Origin: Mobula hypostoma
Taxonomy: Eukaryota
Assembly: GCF_963921235.1 (NCBI RefSeq)
Contig: NC_086108.1
Span: forward strand, 806,001-870,000
DNA length: 64,000 bases
Reading direction: 5' to 3'
The notes under the pieces are model-generated. The model saw only the letters and a program-made list of their open reading frames with translations. It did no database searches and was not told where the DNA came from. Both the position numbers and the translations under genes were made by a program. Position 1 is the stretch's first letter, and every line of letters starts with the position of its first letter. This document shows, one piece after another, positions 25,290-37,301 of the stretch.

Positions 25290-25805
25290 GGTCCAGATCA
25301 AGTCCTCAGCATCCTTAAGTGGGAGGGTGAACAGCCAGAGGTTGTGGTCCATGTAGGTGCTAATGACATTTGTAGGAAGAGTGCCAAGGTTCTGCAAAGT
25401 GAATTCAAGAAGTTGATCGCTAAGTTAAAAGGCAGGACCTCCAGGGTTGTGATCTCAGGATTGCTACCCATGCCACATGCTAGTGAGGCCAGAATTAGGA
25501 AGATCATACAGTTTAACACATGGCCAAGAAGTTGGTGCAGGAGGGAGGGATTTAGATGGGGCTCTTTTCTTCCAGGGAAGGTTGGACCTGTACAGAAGGG
25601 ATGTTTGAACTTAAAATGGTCTAGGACTAATATCCTAGAGCGAAGGTTGATCAAGCTGCATGACTGGCAGCCCAGTATTCTGGGATTCTGTTGTTTTAGA
25701 TGGAACAGAGCAGGAGGGATTAAAGGAGTGGTGTTACTAGTCAGGGAAAATATTACAGCATTGCTCAGTCATGACAGACTGGAGAACATGTCGAGTGAAG
25801 CACTG
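25290..25805 (+). mobile_element. CR1 ORF1 (SGNH/esterase-like) and ORF2 N-terminal remnant
   Basis: VVVHVGANDI...VVISGLLP (SGNH GxND block), followed by APE-like GGIKGVVLLVRENI. Confidence 0.75.
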
Positions 25806-25970
25806 GAATATGATGGTAACCAAGATGGGAGAGCAGAAACCTGATTGGATGAGGGATGTTCCAGAGGGGTATAAATACCACTGGACTAGACATGCTCAGG
25901 TACCATCCCTGATGAAGATCGCGGAGTTTGTCATCAAAATGTTGGTTACAATTGATACCTGTACAACACG
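25806..25970 (+). mobile_element. Penelope-like pLTR fragment of a second family
   Basis: TATAAATA at 25870 followed by CTGATGA-AGAT..ATC-AAAA-TGTT, a decayed hammerhead-like motif. Confidence 0.5.
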
Positions 25971-26005
25971 GGTGCAGTGCCAATTGTTTAGGTGCCGGGG
26001 CTGTA

Positions 26006-26207
26006 CGAAAGGTGATTGATAAGTTCGTGGCCTGAGGTTATACAGCTCTCGTTACATGCATGTGCATTTCAACTCTTTGAGTGATTATGCAGAAAATTTG
26101 AAGTTAATAACTTTTGTGGTATTTCTGTTTCAGATAATTGAAAATTGCTAGGTTTTCTAAAATTGACTCCTTCCACCTCAGGCCATGAACTTATCAATCA
26201 TCCCTCG
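26006..26207. mobile_element. Mariner-type MITE
   Basis: ~33-bp TIRs: CGAAAGGTGATTGATAAGTTCGTGGCCTGAGGT versus right-end reverse complement CGAGGGATGATTGATAAGTTCATGGCCTGAGGT. TA at 26004-26005 and 26208-26209. Confidence 0.9.
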
Positions 26208-26306
26208 TATATCACACCCAATTTGTGTACCTGCTCATTTCATGCACTGGGCAACTTCCTTGCCCCGTTCATGTAATAAGCAGGTACACAAATTGGGTGT
26301 GACATA
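26208..26306. repeat. Long palindrome / hairpin
   Basis: Perfect 24-bp arms TCACACCCAATTTGTGTACCTGCT (26212-26235 and 26279-26302), with pairing continuing with 4 mismatches to a 5-nt loop. Confidence 0.9.
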
Positions 26307-28036
26307 TATATATGAATAGGGCTTCTTATAATGTCAAGCACTAAACCAAGATGAAAGAAATATATGAATTCCAGAGCTCCACACAAATATAGTGAGAGTT
26401 AAGACATTAACAAGACTATAGCCTATCACTACATTTCAGTGTATAACTGGTACAATAAAACATATAATATTTAATTTAATAATATGACCAAGTATTGCAT
26501 GGCTGCACTCACTAATTATTGTAAAATATAATTATCAAGCAAGTGAAGAAAAAGATGGTAATCATGTATTTTACCAATTTAAAAGTAATTGTCTACTTAC
26601 CAAATGCCACCAATGAGAAGTTTCACAATAATTTCCACAAAAGGTCAGGCGTAATATGTGTTTGGGGGTCTGAAGCAACTCTTGTCCTGGTGTCATCTGT
26701 TGATCTGTGGTACCGCAGCCATGATGTGACATACGGCTCAGGATTCCACAGAACTAGAGGAGGTCCATGTAGTTTAACAAACATAGGTACTGATACATGA
26801 TCTATGAGAATCCTTGAGCCTGTTGTTGTTATTATCAAGTTCATGTGACTGAATGCTCTCTCTCACTCAGCAGTACTAATAGGAATAACTTGTGAACAGC
26901 TCAGAAATGGATGTAAATCTTGGGGGATGTGGTGTCCATGATCCTCCACATAATCTCTGAAGGCATTTATTACAGAGGAAGAACCTCTTACAGAGAGATG
27001 ATATTGCAGATTCTCCATAATTAGGCGGTATTTCAGCATGCTAGTTATCTTTATCAAGGACACACATTTCATTTAGCAGGGATTTATACATACTTTGAGG
27101 TTTAGAAGTTTGAGAACCTTTCAAGGATGTTGCCATGAACATACGGTGCTGCAAATTGTTTATAAGACTAGTGAGAAACTGTAGATAATTAATGGAGACA
27201 ATTTTGTTTTTGCTTGTTAAGGTAATTTCTCCAAACTTCCCCTTTTCAACTGCCTCTTGAGTGAGTTTTTGTACCAGGTTGCTCTTTCAGTCCATGCAGT
27301 GATCTTAAGCTCTGTTGGATCAGTTTGTTTGCATAAACAATCGTAGTAGTGTGTTTCTGTAAACACTCTGACAGTAAACCAGGTTCATGCAACATGCCAT
27401 ACATTAGAGCTAAGTCCAATAGAAACTGTTCTGAAGAGAGTATTTTCAACAGACCTTCATAGGTTTTTCTGTCACTCCCAGATCTTGTTTCATCCTTCAT
27501 TGCTTTTTCAAAATGAAAACGCAGTGCTTCATAATTTTGCCACACTGCTGAAAGTGCTCGAAACGAGCTAGCTACCCACCTGGTGCCCAGAACACGGCCT
27601 ATTTTGCAAATTTGTTGTTCTGGTTGAGAGGCACATTCAGACAGTTTCTTTTGATTTAGAGGTGATCTACTGTAAACAGAGTACAATTTCTCCATAAATG
27701 ATTGACAATGATTTATTACATGAACTTCTCTCACCTAATGCTAGTTCTAATCTGTGATTAAGACAGTGCCAAATTATCACATCAGGGTAATGTTCCTTGA
27801 GAATTGTAGCAACACCAGATTTGACACCAAGCATTATGCTCGCCCCATCACTAGCAAATGCTACAAGGTTCTCTTTCAAGTAAGAGTCATCAAACCCATG
27901 GTCATTGAGACAGTTCAATAGATGCTCAGCAATAGTTGCAGCTTTCTGATCAGGCAGTTCAATTAGATCTAAAAACATAAAATGGGGATCATCTTCCTTA
28001 TCACTTTCTCATTTCAAATAAACTATTAGGGCAGTC

Positions 28037-28835
28037 ATGCACTTTGGTAGTAGAAATAAATGTGTGGACTATTTTCTAAATGGGGAGAAAATCCAGGAAT
28101 CTGAGATGCAATTGGAATTGGGAGCCCTTGTGCAGAACACCCTGAAGGCTGACTTGCAGGTTGAGTCGGTGGTGAGGAAGGCAAATGCCATCTTACCATT
28201 CATTTCAACAGGTCTAGAATACAAGAGCAAGTATGTGATGCTGAGGCTTTATAAGGCACCGGTGAGGCCTCACCTTGAGTATTGTGAACAGTTTTGGGCC
28301 CCTCATCTTAGAAAAGATGTGTTGGCATTGGAGAGGGTCCAGAGGAAGTTCACAAGGATAATTCCAGGAATGAAAGGGTTATCATACAAGGAATGTTTGA
28401 TGGTTCTGGGTCTGTACTCACTGGAATTCAGAAGGATGAGAGGGAATCTCACTGAAACCTTTCGGATGTTGAAAGGCCTAGACAGAGTAGATGTGAAAAG
28501 TGTGTTTCCCATGGTGGGAGAGTCTAAGACAAGAGGTCACAGCCTCAGGATAGAGAGGCACCCTTTCAAAACAGAGATGTGGAGAATTTCTATAGTCAAA
28601 AGTTGGTGAATATGTGGAATTTGTCACCACATGCAGCTGTGGAAACCAGCTTGTTGGGTGTATTTAAGGCAGATATTGATAGATTCTTGATTGGACACGG
28701 GATCAAAGGTTACAGGGAGAAGGCCGGGAGCTGGGGTTGAGGAGGAGATTTCAAAAAAAAGGATCAACCATGATTGAATGGTGGAGCAGGCTCGATGGGC
28801 CAGATGGCCTAATTCTGCTCCTTTGTCTTATGGTC
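28037..28835 (+). mobile_element. CR1 3' fragment inserted in the hAT
   Basis: ORF 28037-28609 is a CR1 RT C-terminus. The hAT frame SLSIKT|ALIVYLK is continuous across it. Confidence 0.9.
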
Positions 28836-29549
28836 TTAATGCTCAGGCTTGTTGATTCATCAATGAGAACAGAAAATTTGTCATTTATCTGCTTGATATG
28901 CTGGCAAATTTTCTTTTTCATATTAATGGCTATGTGATTAATTATCTCTGTAGCACTAGTGTGGGAATGCAGTCCAATTCCAATGTCAATACCATTAATT
29001 GTTTGAAGTTCCAATAAGTCAAAGTGATCAAAGTATGGTCTGTCATTCTGAGCTAAATAATATGCAGAATGAAAAATTGAACAAGTTGCCTTTAGATGCG
29101 AAGCATTCATAGTGTCACATAATTTTCCAAGAACATCTTCACTAGCTATACTTTCAGCACTTAGACCAGCAGTGTGAGCTTTTGATAGTCAGTGATCAAC
29201 AATTTTTTTTTCTGAGCGACTTCAAGCGTATACTTCGATCGGCTCCATAATAGGAGACTTGGTACATCTGCCATTCATTTGAAAGCCTCAAACCCTTAGA
29301 AGTGAAAAGTATCAGATTGCTTTTGTTTGCAGTTTCACATACTTTACATTCAAGTTTATCATCCTTGAAGTCTAACCAGGGATAAGTTTCCTTCTTTTTC
29401 TTCCACATTTCTTCAGTCCAAACATCTGAACAGGGATACAATTTCTTCGAAGGACCATTACTTTCAGAACTGCATTAGGACCCGGTTAGAAAATTTGAAC
29501 TAGAAGCAGGCGAAACACAGTTTTTGTCACTTTTACTGTTATCACTTTT

Positions 29550-30631
29550 GCTGTAAAAATAGGGGACAAGTTCTCCTCTACAATCACTCTGAGCACCGGT
29601 GCCCCACAAGGCTGTGTACTCAGCCCCCTGCTGTACTCACTGTACACCCATGATTATGTAGCCAAGTTTCCATCAAACACAATATATGAGTTTGCTGATG
29701 ACACAAAAATTGTAGGCCATATCTCGGGTACTGATGAGTTTTGAGTACAGAGAGGAAATTAAGAACCTGGTGGCATGGTGCGAAGACAATAACCTATCCC
29801 TCAACGTCAGCAAGACGAAGGAATTGGTTGTTGACTTCAGAAGGAGTAGCGGACCACACGACCCAATTTACATCGGTGGTGCGCAAGTGGAACAGGTCAA
29901 AAGCTTTAAGTTCCTTGGGGTCAATATCACAAATGACCTGACTTGGTCTAACCAAGCAGAGTTCACTGTCAAGAAGGCCCACCAGCGCCTTTACTTTCTG
30001 AGAAAACTAAAGAAATTTGGCCTGTCCCCTAAAACCCTCACTAATTTTTCTAGATGCACCATAGAAAACATTCTTCTAGGGTGCATCATAACCTGGTATG
30101 GAAGTTGTCCTGTCCAAGACTGAAAGAAGCTGCAGAAGATCGTGAACACAGCACAGCACATCACACAAACCAATCTTCCGTCCTTGGACTCACTTTACAC
30201 CGCACGCTGTCGGAGCAGTGCTGCCAGGATAATCAAGGACACGACCCACCCAGCCAACACACTTTTCCTCCCTCTTCCCTCCGGGAGAAGGCTCAGGAGC
30301 TTGAAGACTCGTACGGCCAGATTTGGGAACAGCTTCTTTCCAACTGTGATAAGACTGCTGAACGGATCCTGACCCGGATCTGGGCCATACCCTCCAAATA
30401 TCCGGACCTGCCTCTCGGGTTTTTTGTGCTACCTCACTTTTCATTTTTCTATTTTCTATTTATGATTTATAATTTAAATGTTTATATTTACAAATTTTTA
30501 CTATTTTTAATATTTTTAACATTTAATATTTGTAATCCAGGGAGCGGGAAGGGCAGAATCAAATATCGCTGTGATGATTGTACATTCTAGTATCAATCGT
30601 TTGGCGACAATAATGTATAAAGTATAAAGTA
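29550..30631 (+). mobile_element. Rex1/Babar LINE family B, copy 1, inserted in the hAT
   Basis: [16 protein letters not shown] and a (TATAAAG)n tail; nearly identical to 46967-48040 in inverted orientation. Confidence 0.9.
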
Positions 30632-30873
30632 TTAGTCTCTTGTACGTTATTCTTGTTACACTCCTCAGCTTGTTTATGAAAGAAAGAAGTTAACGTTGTT
30701 TGCTTCGAAGCCATAGGGTTGTTAGAGAGAAAGATTTACTTTTGTATTTGCGAGTAATCCATGGATCACCACAAATGTAGCCTTATTAATACGACTGAGT
30801 GGGAGCAGACAGCAAGGCCCACAGCACTTAGCAGTGTCCGTAAGCAGGTATGAAAATAACAGAAATAAAGCAA

Positions 30874-31538
30874 CACACATCAAAGTTGCTGGTGAATGCA
30901 GCAGGCCAGTCAGCATCTCTAGGAAGAGGTACAGTCGACGTTTCGGGCCGAGACTCTTCGTCAGGACTAACTGAAAGAAGAGCTAGTAAGAGATTTGAAA
31001 GTCGGAGGGGGAGGGGGAGATCTGAAATGATAGGAGAAGACAGGAGGGGGAGGGCAACCTGATGGCATAAACATTGACTTCTCAAACTTCCGCTAATGCC
31101 CCACCTCCCCCTCGTACCCCATCTGTTATTTATTTATATACACACATTCTTTCTCTCTCACTCTCTCTCTCTCCTTTTTCTCCCTCTGTCCCTCTGACTA
31201 TACCCCTTGCTCATCCTCTGGGTTCCCCCCCCCCCGCTTGTCTTTCTCCCCGGACCTCCTGTCCCATGATCCTCTCATATCCCCTTTGCCAATCACCTGT
31301 CCAACTCTTGGCTCCATCCCTCCCCCTCCTGTCTTCTCCTATCATTTTGGATCTCCCCCTCCCCCTCCAACTTTCAAATCTCTTACTAGCTCTTCCTTCA
31401 GTTAGTCCTGCCGGAGGGTCTCGGCCTGAAACGTCGACTGTACCTCTTCCTAGAGATGCTGCCTGGCCTGCTGCGTTCACCAGCAACTTTGATGTGTGTT
31501 GCTTGAATTTCCAGCATCTGCAGAATTCCTCGTGTTTG
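30874..31538 (+). mobile_element. Penelope-like element with inverted pLTR
   Basis: 13-bp TSD AGAAATAAAGCAA (30861-30873 and 31539-31551). ~180-bp inverted repeat (30871-31053 versus ~31318-31502). ORF end QPDGINIDFSNFR* at 31055-31096. Confidence 0.88.
30932..30969 (-). ncRNA. Minimal type I hammerhead ribozyme (Penelope, dimer type)
   Basis: UAGUC CUGACGA AGAGU CUCG GCCC GAAA CG UC GACUG: intact core, helix I AGUC/GACU, and palindromic ACGU in place of helix III. Confidence 0.78.
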
Positions 31539-32569
31539 AGAAATAAAGCAAATAAGCTTTTTACACTTTTAGCCACCTAAGTTGGAGCCATGTAATCAAG
31601 TATGAAACAAGAACGTCTGATGAACGATTGGTAAAGCCACGAATATTGGTGAATATTAGTATCAAAAGCGGTAGGTTGGCAACTCTGCCTCGTACCGTTT
31701 CTCTCACAGAAATGGTTGGACAGGAAGTGTACCTGTGTGTGTGGATACTCACAATATCCTCACACATCGGGTATTACATGGTTAGACCAATACAGATCCT
31801 GTTTAGTCTTTAAGTATATAAAAAGTGAAAGAAGCTTGAATCTTTACAGAAATTATTGTCGTATCTATACAAATAAAAAATGTCGTATTTTGGAAGTGAC
31901 AATTGTTAACCGGGAGAAGAGCAACTATTTGGGAGGTTTGGAAATGTGTTTCATATCGTTCATTTCCTCACTAAATTACTCTTTTTCCTATCAACACAAA
32001 GAGAAAACGAGCCTCGTTCCATGCAACTATAGTTGGTGGAGCTCGGCCAAGGGGTTGATCTGCTATTAATGATAGCTGAAATGAAGTAAAACTAGCTTAT
32101 AGCCTAGAAATGTTGTTTTTTCCCATTTGGCTTGTAAAAATAACTAAATTCACTTTATCCAGATGTAGAAGAGGATTTTGGATGATTACCTTGAATATTT
32201 AATCAAAATCAGGTTGAAGATAAGTGAGCAGTGAATTTTTCTTTCATTATTTTCGACTTTTAACCTTAGGTTTCGATGTTCATTCCTTGCTTAATATAGC
32301 TCCTACCTGGAATCCAATGGTACCCGTTGGAAAGAGCAGAAAAATGCGTACACTTGTGTACAGTCGTCCCTCGGCAGGAGAGAGACTGAAGGTCTGTGAA
32401 ATGGCGGGAGGCTACAGCAGGGAAAACAACGGGTCGAGCGAGGACGAATTTCACAAATACCTAAATAAAAAACAGTCACAGCCCCAGGATTCCACCAAAA
32501 ACGATCAAATATACTATCCTAATGTTATTAGTGGTATTTTCCCCACCAGCCACCACCCCTATCCACAAC

Positions 32570-34300
32570 ATAGTCATAGTCATACTTTATTGATCCCGGG
32601 GGAAATTGGTTTTCGTTACAGTTGCTCCATAAATAATAAACAGTAAGAGAACCATAAATAGTTAAATAGTAATATGTAAATTATGCCAGCAAATTATGAA
32701 ATAAGTCCAGGACCAGCCTATTGGCTCAGGGTGTCTGACCCTCCAAGGGAGGAGTTGTAAAGTTTGATGGCCACAGGCAGGAATGACTTCCTATGATGCT
32801 CTGAGTTGCATCTCGGTGGAATGAGTCTCTGGCTGAATGTACTCCTGTGCCCACCCAGTACATTATGTAGTGGATGGGAGACGTTGTCCAAGATGGCATG
32901 CAACTTGGACAGCATCCTCTTTTCAGACACCATCGTCAGAGAGTCCAGTTCCATTCCCACAACCTCACTGGCATTATGAATGAGTTTGTTGATCCTGTTG
33001 GTGTCTGCTACCCTCAGCCTGCTGCCCCAGCACACAACAGCAAACGCTATCGCACTGGCCACCACAGACTCGTAGAACATCCTCAGGATCGTCCGATAGA
33101 TGTTGAAGGACCTCAGTCTCCTCAGGAAATAGAGATGGCTCTGACCCTTCTTGTAGACAGCCTCAGTGTTCTTTGACCAGTCCAGTTTATTGTCAATTCG
33201 TATCCCCAGGTATTTGTAATCCTCCACCATGACCACACTGACCCCCTGGATGGAAACAGGGGTCACTGGTACCTTAGCCCTCCTCAGGTCTACCACCAGC
33301 TCCTTAGTCTTTTTCACATAAAGCTGCAGATAATTCTGCTCACACCATGTGACAAAGTTTCCTACCGTAGCCCTGTACTCAACCTCATCTCCCTTGCTGA
33401 TGCATCTAACTATGGCAGAGTCATCCGAAAACTTCTGAAGATGACAAGACTCTGTGCAGTAGTTGAAGTCCAAGGTGTAAATGGTGAAGAGAAAGGGAGA
33501 CAAGACAGTCCCCTGTGGAGCCCCAGTGCTGCTGATCACTCTGTCAGACACACAGTGTTGCAAGCACACGTACTGTGATCTGCCAGTCAGGTAATCAGGA
33601 ATCCATGATACCAGGAAAGCATCCACCTGCATCGCTGTCAGCTTCTCCCCCAGCAGAGCAGGGCGGATGGTGTTGAACGCACTGGAGAAGTCAAAAAACA
33701 TGATCCTCACAGTGCTCGCTGGCTTGTCCAGGTAGGCGTAGACACGGTTCAGCAGGTAGACGATGGCATCCTCAACTCCTAGTTGGGGCTGGTAGGTGAA
33801 CTGGAGGGGATCTAAGTGTGGCCTGACCATAGGCCAGAGCAGCTCCAGAACAAGTCTCTCCAGGGTCTTCATGATGTGGGAGGTCAATGCCACCGGTCTG
33901 TAGTCATTAAGGCCGCTGGGGCACGGCGTCTTCGGCACAGGGACGAGGCAGGATGTCTTCCACAGTACAGGAACCCTCCAGAACCTCAGGCTCATGTTGA
34001 ATACATGGCAAAGTACTCCACATAGCTGAGGGGCACAGGCTTTGAGCACCCTGGTACTGACACCATCCGGTCCTGCAGCCTTGCTTGGGTTGAGATGTTT
34101 CAGCTGTCTTCTCACCTATTCAGCTGTGACGCCCACCGTGGTGGTTTCGTGTGGGGAAGGGGTATAGTCATGAGAGCAGGGTGGGGGACTGTGAGGAGGG
34201 GTAGGAGGGGAGAGTGGAGTATGTGTTGGTTGGGGGCCGACAACAGATGGCTCATGTGGGGGATGGGCAGGGGTCACAATGTCAAATCTGTTAAAGAACC
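32570..34300 (-). mobile_element. Rex1/Babar LINE family A, copy 1
   Basis: Uninterrupted 465-aa RT ORF 32718-34115 ([27 protein letters not shown]), (CTATGA)n tail, and upstream FFNRFD reaching ~34300. Confidence 0.95.
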
Positions 34301-37300
34301 CCCACTTCTGTATAATTCCCTCTATTTAATATGCGGCGAGAAACCCACTGGCTGTTGATGGAGTCGCAGCGTTTTTATAGTTGCTCCTACTCTACTTAAT
34401 TTATCGTTTCCAACTTGTTTTGAAAACTTACTTTTAAACGCAACATTGTTTTACGATGAGTCGTGCCAAAGCTACTGAAAAAGAAAAGAACCCTCCTGTA
34501 ACTTTGGAATCTATTATGGAGACACTTTGGAAGAATAAAAATGAACTTTCGGAGGAGCTCCAGCAGAAATTCCAGCAACTCCACGGGTAAACGAATGGAT
34601 GTAAAATTGGATTCTATTCAAAAAACTTTAAGTGAACATGATAAGCGGATAAAAGAGAATGAAGACACTTTGACGATGTTGGATGTCAAGATTGATGACC
34701 TGGAAAAGATCTGTGATAAACAGTCAAAGGTTAATGAAACATTAAGACAGAAGATTATCGACTTAGTAACTAGAAGCAGAAGAAATAATTTACGTATTCT
34801 GGGTTTTAAAGGGTTAATGGGAGGCAATCAGCCTTTGGAATATTTTGCAAACCTTTTGGCTAATTTATTTCTGAATATTTTAAAATCTCTACCTAAAATA
34901 GACCGAGCTCATAGACTGCCAGTACCAAGACCTCCTCCAGGAGAACGACCCCGTTCACTGATAATTTGTCTTCACAACCTTCAAACAAAGGAACTATTAA
35001 TTTATGAATCTCATCGGAAAGGTATGATTGATTATGAAGGCCAGAAGATCAGAATTGTGGAGGATTTTTCACCCGAGGTGTTGAATGAACACTTCAAATT
35101 TTAAAAGTTTATGTCGGAGTTGTATAATAAAGGTTTTAAACCCTCTCTTTGTTACCCCACTCATCTTAGAATCATTTTGAAAAATGGCTCTCAGAAATGG
35201 TTCCGTTAGACTCAAGAGGTGCAGGATTTCTTAATTTCCGAATCAGTAGCTGAAGTTTAACTATTCAATAATTTCCTACATAAATCTAAGTTGTGTCTGC
35301 CTGATGGATACTTTTTTTTTAGAATTAGCAGTCTAACTGTTCATTACTTTCTTTTATGAACAATTTTTTTTTTACTTTTGGTATATCTTAGTATCTAATT
35401 TTTTTGTACTTTTATTTCTTTGCTTAGAAAATTAAGGACTTAACATTAGTAAGTTTTCATTGAGTTGATACTTTCCAAGTTAATATGTTCTGATTTTTCT
35501 TAGTTCTTTTTAATACTTTATACTACATTTTTTCATGAGGTTTTTTTAATAGGTTTAATTTTGCTCTGTTTTTTGTTGTGTCTTGTTGGAATGCAGTTAG
35601 CCTTGGAAATTTTTTGAAGCTCAGCCAGTAGATTGTTTTGGGAGGGTAATGTTGGTAGGTTTAGCTGTCGACTGCTGTTTAGTTGACTTTCTCTCTTTGG
35701 GTGGGGGTGGGGGTGGGTTTTTTCTTTTCTATCAGCTGTTTGGTTCTCTTAGCTTCATTTGTTGCTTGGTTACTTTATCTTAAAGCTCATTGTTTGGATT
35801 TAATGTGCATTCCAGCGGTTTTTATTCTAACCTCTCTTTTAAGCAATATTTAAAATGGACCATACTATTGATTTACTTAGTTTTAATGTGAAAGGATTAA
35901 ACCACCCTGTGAAATGTAATAAGATATTTAATTATATTAAGAAATTGAATATCTCAATTTTTTTTACAAGGAACACATGTTCATAAATGTGATAATTTAC
36001 GTCTTTTCAGCCATTGGAAGGGCTTACTGTTTTATTCCTCCTTTCAGGCTAAGACCAGAGCAGTTTTGATTCTTACAGACAATTCAGTTTCTTTCATTCA
36101 ACATAATGTAGTGTCTGATACCAATGGGCGTTTTGTTATGGTGTCAGGGAAATTAGATAATAAATTAATGGTTTTTGCTAATTTGTATGCCCCGAATATA
36201 GATGATCTAGGCTTTTTTGAACACTTTTTTTCGCTTTTACCAGATTTAAGTCTGTGCTCTCTGGTTTTAGGTGGAGACTTCAACTGTTGTTTAGACCCTG
36301 TTTTAGATTGCTCCTCTTTTAAACGATTGACTTTTCGTAGATCTGCCTCCTTTATCCAGCCTTTTTTAATGAAATTGTCATGGTCCGGTCCGTGAAGTCC
36401 ACATTCTGGTTTACAGTCCGGTCTATCGATCCTTGTTCTGGGTTTTCCTGTTTTCTCCCATGATCTGTTGGGTGCCTTAATTGAGGCACCTGATTCTCGT
36501 TGTGGGCTGGCACATAAATACCTCTTAAACCTAGGATTCCCTGCTAGACTGTTTCCTTCCCCTCCCCATCTGAATCCCTGGCAGTCACCTTAGCAGTTTA
36601 TCTCAACAGTTACCTTGGCACTAATCTTCGTCTGTTACCTTCATCTACTACCTTGCCTGCAACCTCGCCTGTGTCCTCATCTGTATCGCCATCTAGTTCA
36701 ACCACTGGAGTGACACTGGAGCCTTGCCACTCCAAGAAACTATCTATTGTTGAGTTTGGAACTATCTCTTTGTGTCCCTGTGTTTAGTGTCCGTGTCAAA
36801 GAAGAGTCCCGGCCCTAGGTCCTGTTCCCAAGGAGGGGTCCGAGCTCTGTGTTCTGTGTTCCTGTGTTCCAAGTTCCAGGCACCATGTTCCAGTCCCATC
36901 CAAGTCAAGGCTTCGTGTTCTCGTCCCGTCCAGGAGTCCCTCAGCAGCTTACCTCGGTTAGTGTCCTCAGCAGTCATCCTGGCCCTGCGTCCTGGAAAGG
37001 GTCCTGGCCCTGTGGAAGCATCCCGGTCCTGCGTCCTAGAAAGGGTCCCGGCCCTGTGCTCCAAGGAGGAGTCCCGGTTCCGTACCCAAGAGCCTAACTA
37101 AGCCAAGTCCAAGAGCCGAGCCAAACCTAGTCCAAGAGCCATGTCCTGCCCTGGAGTACCTCGTCCAGTCCACGTCCAAGGCTCTGTGTTCCTGTTTTCC
37201 AAGACCAAATCCAGGCACCGTGTTTCATCCCTGTCCAAATCTGAGCTTTGTGTCCATCATCTCGTTCTGGTGCCTCGCCCAGCCCAAGAGATCCTTGCCC

Positions 37301-37301
37301 A

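Larger units (their letters stand above)
26623..30714 (-). pseudogene. hAT transposase (KIAA1586/ZNF862-like), decayed and split by two LINEs
   Basis: Pieces in order: MASKQTTLTSFF (ATG 30714), YPWLDF..C..C, SVLIDEST, FASDGASIMLG, WHCLNHRLEL, TRW, ISTAE*ERAFSHMN (hAT dimerisation motif), stop at 26623. Confidence 0.88.
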
